Assembly: GCA_963729045.1 (NCBI GenBank)
Contig: CAVSMN010000020.1
Coordinates: forward strand, 1 to 64,000
Reading direction: 5' to 3'
From: an uncultured Nitrososphaeraceae archaeon
GTDB lineage: Archaea; Thermoproteota; Nitrososphaeria; Nitrososphaerales; Nitrososphaeraceae
DNA: 64,000 nt
Shown here one piece after another: positions 61,907 through 64,000 of this stretch. The translations under genes and the position numbers were made by a program. The number at the start of each line of letters is the position of its first letter. Positions within the stretch are counted from its first letter, which is position 1. The notes under the pieces are model-generated. The model made no database searches, was not told the DNA's origin, and saw nothing but the letters and a program-made list of their open reading frames with translations.

Positions 61907-62299
61907 TTAAGGCTTTTTGTTCTTAGGATAATTTTCGATTTGTTTTTTTGATTTCATTGCAACTAAAAGCCCTAATAGTACGATAAACGCTATTTGAAAG
62001 ACTTCGATAGCAATTGCTGTATCTCCAACCATTCCTGCCCTACCTGTTATTGGATTTTCCGGTATCCTTGTAATAACCCATATAAGTACAAATGCAATCG
62101 TTCCTACTATGCCAATATAATCCCATATTTTACCCCAATTCTTTACTGTGGGAATTATCCAGAATATTTGTGCTAATCCGCCAACTAGAAACAAAATAGT
62201 CATTTGAGTATTAAAAGCTGGCAGCATATTTAGATGAAGAATGCCTGCGATTCCTGTACATATCGCCGCTACTATGGAAATTAACAGAATCTTGTTCAT
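61907..62299 (-). CDS. Four-TM membrane protein (thaumarchaeal family)
   Basis: AGILHL…LFLVGGLAQIFW…WVITRIPENPITGR. Confidence 0.75.
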   Translation of the reverse strand: MNKILLISIVAAICTGIAGILHLNMLPAFNTQMTILFLVGGLAQIFWIIPTVKNWGKIWDYIGIVGTIAFVLIWVITRIPENPITGRAGMVGDTAIAIEVFQIAFIVLLGLLVAMKSKKQIENYPKNKKP

Positions 62300-63675
62300 T
62301 ATTAGTACAAAGTTATAAAACTATATAACGTATTAATAAATACTTTTTACAAAATAGGAAAAATGAAAGAGGTATCTCCTTAGACCTTGTTTATCCCTTA
62401 CTAGACTCTCTTCTTAGATCAAAAAATGAGAATCTAGATAAATGATAAATAGGAATTTCTCTTAAGTAATACTTACACCTGAACCTCAAAGGGTGAAACT
62501 CAAGTCTCATCACTTTTGCGCGTAGTGAGCCAGAAAAGTAGTAAAGGCTACATTCATGTGATAAGCATCTTGACAGTTGAGCTAATATGGGTCATGATAC
62601 CACAATCTGATAACCATGATGACAGCAAAAAAATAGATAGGTAACACTCCAATCTATCTTACCATTCTTGCATGAGAGAAAGATACAAAAGCATGAGAAA
62701 GTTCCCCATGTGAACTTCTAATTGATGCCTTTACTACTTTTCTTTTTTTTTATTAAGTTGATTCCCTAAATGATGGAATAAGTCGGAAAAACTGTTCCTT
62801 TGAGAATTCTATATTTGACACCCATAATAATTCAACATGATGGAGAAATAGAGATCTGAAAATATCCACTATACAAAAAACTTATTTTCTAATTCAATAC
62901 TCACAATACAAACTAAATATTTTCAGGTCCTAACAAAATGTTGCACTAGACTGTATGTTGTATTCATAATCCACTCCAACGCATCAAGCCAAACATACAT
63001 TCTTTTAGTTTCCGAGTGCATGGAAGGGAAGTAAGACATCTAGGGTTTCTCACCAGTTCTCCTCTATTACTTCCCATTCCATTTCTACTCATCCATACTT
63101 TGGTGTTAAAATTAGTCATTAACCCCTAAATGCATTTAACCCAAAAATGGTCACCTTCTGGGACAATACACAAGGTCCCCAGATGTTGATTGCATCAATG
63201 AAAAGCGGTGTGACATATGTTAATTATCATACCGAATAAAATTCAAATAGTGAAATTAGAGGACAAATAATGAGCATAAGGTAGATACTTCAGTCATAGC
63301 TTCTAGAAGGATGAAAGTTAAAATGGACGATAGTATAGGGTTTGAATAGGGAATTGGAAATACATCAGTAAAAACACCAGGAATAGATGTATGAGTAGTA
63401 AGAGATTAGCGTGTTTTTTCCCTCGATTTTACTAGGATAGCCCTACACAAAGAAACCAGAGTAGATAAAATAACTCTTTGCGATCATTAAACCAGCAATC
63501 TTTTGATTTTCAAGTTAAACTCTTCCAAAATTACTATCAATTTCATAATTTATTCACATTATTAAAAGTCTATAAAACTAATCATGAAGAAAAAAATGGC
63601 TCTATTAGTATAGTTCTTTCCTTTGTGCTTCAGCAAAAATTAGCTATTTAGTTGGAAAAAAATATGGTATATAAA

Positions 63676-63870
63676 TTAAGTTGTTTTTATTACTTTTCTA
63701 AAATGTTCTAGGTTCTTTGCCATTTCTTCTTTGAATGACTCTTCTGTATACCCATGAACTTCTATCCCATGTTTTTTCGCATTTTCCATCAATTCTTCTT
63801 CTGTTTGGCCATACATGGTATGTGTACACACAGGGTCTCCCGCATCCTTGCAATTGAGGCTTAATGTCAT
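63676..63870 (-). CDS. DUF1059 small metal-binding protein
   Basis: LNCKDAG..C…GQTEEELM…KHG.EVHG. Confidence 0.85.
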   Translation of the reverse strand: MTLSLNCKDAGDPVCTHTMYGQTEEELMENAKKHGIEVHGYTEESFKEEMAKNLEHFRKVIKTT

Positions 63871-64000
63871 AAATTGTAAATGCTATGCATTAAGTTAAGG
63901 ATATCTATCAACTTCCAAGTTTGAACGGAATCACTCATGAAAGACTGACACAGTCTTGATATATCGAGTTAGTTTCACGTATTGATAAATCAGATCAAAA

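Noticed and set aside
62400..63500. Gene-free stretch that could be a transposase or integrase remnant
   Set aside because: No recognisable catalytic motif, terminal repeats or sustained reading frame by eye.

Overview
AT-rich archaeal DNA whose gene content points to an ammonia-oxidising archaeon of the Nitrososphaeraceae, probably Ca. Nitrosocosmicus-like (inference from a two-domain multicopper oxidase with a cupredoxin tail, DUF6659 roadblock proteins, F420/PPOX proteins, a phasin-like protein and many small secreted proteins). The window is an accessory patchwork of 1-3-gene units with long intergenic stretches, many frameshifted genes (probably mostly long-read indel errors) and a likely assembly-artefact block at about 29.4-31.8 kb. 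The main unexplained structure is about 20 same-strand copies of a motif resembling a tRNA 3' end (consensus about GGATTCGAAG-CCCAC-CGGGCCCG). Each is preceded by one of three conserved upstream arms and followed by one of a few downstream arms, in mixed combinations. This suggests an att-site-delimited, integron/tycheposon-like cassette array built by repeated tRNA-targeted integration; no integrase or intact tRNA is visible here. Notable cargo: a Pyr4/PaxB-type membrane terpene cyclase homolog, a LasC-like FAD oxygenase flanked by IS200/IS605-like hairpins, a PspA-PspAA fusion facing a pspAB gene, and several bacterial-type genes. All family assignments are by eye, without database searches.
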